NCBI GenBank assembly: GCA_026025795.1
Contig: JAPEUG010000016.1
Span: 1-64,000, forward strand
Reading direction: 5' to 3'
DNA length: 64,000 nucleotides
DNA from: Thelocarpon superellum
Taxonomy: Eukaryota
Shown here in pieces: positions 61,958 through 64,000 of the stretch. The notes below the pieces were generated by a model. It saw only the letters and a list, made by a program, of their open reading frames with translations. It made no database searches and was not told where the DNA came from. Position 1 is the first letter of the stretch. The number at the start of each line of letters is the position of its first letter. The translations under genes and the position numbers were made by a program.

Positions 61958-63356
61958 GATGGTGGTCACAGCTCTCGACTAGCCAACAGGCTTCACGATA
62001 CAGGCTTCATGATAGACTGGAAGGGTGGTGGGAAGACGGTTCCAAGGCGCACCTCACGGTGGGCATGAAGGGAGCTTGTCAGGGTGGTTCCATCATCTCT
62101 CGGTCGCAGACGGTGTTGGCTTGTCGTGTGCCAATGACGAAGCCACTCGGCACCGACTCTGGTGTGCCGTGGTCTGGTATCTTTCCATTCCCCACCGTCC
62201 TCGGATGTCAGGATTCACCGTCCATCGTTGGCCGTCATTCGCCCTCGGCCATCCAGAGCCCGTCAGTTGCGCTACCACCGGCCGGTTAAGCGAACGCGCC
62301 TACGATCACCACCACGTCTTGGCGTGTGTCATTGTTGCTGAGAGGACATGCTCAACCGACTGGATGCTCACATGTTGCTCGAGAGACCGCAAGCAGTCCG
62401 GCCATGGATCCTAGAATGAATGATGCTTATGCCCGATGACGCCGTATAGACGCAGTATGCTTCTCAAAGAGTGTCCGAGATTGAAATGTCGACGCATTTT
62501 GATGGGCTATTGGCTCCGAGAGACTGGTACAGCATCACATTTGGCAATCGGCTGAGTTGGATGAAGCACCCACGGCACCCGGTCTCCCCTGGAAGTCTTG
62601 AACTTTTACCTTGCCCCTGAGGTAGACTCTAATCTTTTAAGTGACAAGAGATGGACATTGCATTCAACTTCATCTTTACGACGAGACATGGGACAAGGTA
62701 TCTTTACCATGCCAGCGGCAACCGGTTGGCGCTCCGTACCAGACGTCCAGTCCGCTGCTAGGATGCAGACATAATGAAGTGATATCGTCCAGTGTGAAGG
62801 CGAATCATCTGGTCCCAAGAATGATAATTGTCCATCGTTCACAAGCCGCTGCCCTCAGCTTGCAAGCTCGTGTCGTCCCTTATGTAAGCAACAACACGTG
62901 GAGAGGAAGAATATCGGTATGGTCTAGGGACAAATCACCATTCCTCAACGGCGTGACCTTGGGGAACTGTATTTAGTGAGAAAAATGAAACGAAGGTGAA
63001 CTGAGATGAAATGGAAGACTTGACGTACCGTGCTCTTCGATTAAGAAAGCATGGGGACACCAACTGAGCGCGTCTGCTACTAGCATTTCGTTGAGGTGAT
63101 GCGGCGGACTTGCGGCGCCCCGTAAACTCACGACCGCCAACCCCTGGGAAATAACATGGGGTCCCGCATCGATTTCATTAGTGACCGTAGTTTCATGCGT
63201 CACCTCATTGATCCCGGAGCGACTCCCGAAGGATAAGGTAGCAGTCGCCTTATCTTATCGATGGAGCTGTGCTTGGCGTGGCCCAGTATCAGACCCGATT
63301 CGCGATGAGAAGGCAAACCGAAATCCATTGACCTCGAATCCGCCTTCAGCGGCGCT

Positions 63357-64000
63357 ATGGCCGCCAATTACTGGGCCTCGACGCAACGTCGGTTCTGGCA
63401 ATTCTCTAAGCAAGAGCTGGCCGACATCCGAACGAGGCTTGAAGATGACCGGGCCCTGATCCAGCAATACCCACTCCCGGAGCGGCGGCTGCTGAGCATA
63501 TACTTCAAAGATCGTACGTTGGACTGGACGTGGCAGGCTAGGACTGGGCAGGGTAGAGCTGAGGCTAATGGCGTGTACTAGAAATCACCAAGCTCGGCCG
63601 GAAACTAGGTCTTCGACAACAGGCCATGGCGACGGCACAGGTCTTCGTGCGCCGCTTCTACACCAAGGTCGAGATCAGGCGAACCAATCCTTACCTGGTC
63701 TTGGCCACGGCCGTCTACCTGGCTGGAAAGATGGACGAGTGCCCGCAATATATTCGACATGTGGTCAGCGAGGCACGGAACTTCTGGCCTGGTGTGTTCG
63801 ACCCTGTTCCCTCCTTCCTTGCCCTCTCCCCACACTGCGCTGCGGGCCTGGGGCTCTCTCCCCCCTCATCATCAGTGACTGACGTCAACCCGCTACCCCA
63901 CAGACCTCATGACGACCGACACCTCCAAGCTCGGCGAATGCGAGTTCTTTCTGATCGCCGAGATGAACTCACAGATGATCGTGCACCATCCATACCGGAC
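63357..64000 (+). CDS. SSN8: Mediator kinase-module cyclin C (5' part; runs off the window)
   Basis: [87 protein letters not shown]. Confidence 0.95.

Noticed and set aside
1..64000. tRNA, 5S/rRNA, spliceosomal snRNA, CRISPR array, intact transposase, or secondary-metabolite cluster
   Set aside because: No matching consensus by eye; TCGAATCC hits lack a cloverleaf. The methyltransferase has no neighbouring backbone enzyme. tRNAscan-SE and Rfam were not run.

Overview
Gene-dense eukaryotic genomic DNA from a filamentous ascomycete (Pezizomycotina-type gene set, GC-rich, many ~45-65 nt spliceosomal introns with CTRAC-like branch points). It carries about 21 conserved housekeeping genes: VPS15, U2A'/LEA1, PAT1, a GT15 mannosyltransferase, mito S12, a HAD phosphatase, SHE9, RIP1, DPB3-like, a CLC channel, TMEM42-like, TOA2, VMA16, gephyrin/cnxE, a BUD3-like RhoGEF, DCC1, a GNAT, REV7, importin-9, SAL1 and partial cyclin C. 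Three accessory patches (~10.6-16.9, ~20.5-23.1 and ~29.2-35.8 kb) hold a SABATH-type methyltransferase, five secreted Cys-rich proteins and TpA-rich mobile-element relics. The most notable observations are: (1) two diverged copies of a ~90 bp TG..CA element with 4-bp target-site duplications and an internal CACGTG dyad; (2) a 375-nt, strongly self-complementary intron in the TMEM42-like gene; (3) a secreted zincin-like protein that lacks HExxH; (4) a 270-nt in-frame, stop-free intron in SAL1; (5) a SABATH methyltransferase that needs a GC-AG intron and has Gly->Arg in its SAM motif. I recognised no rRNA, tRNA, snRNA, CRISPR array or intact transposase. Gene identities come from recalled family motifs, not database searches. 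CDS coordinates span introns.
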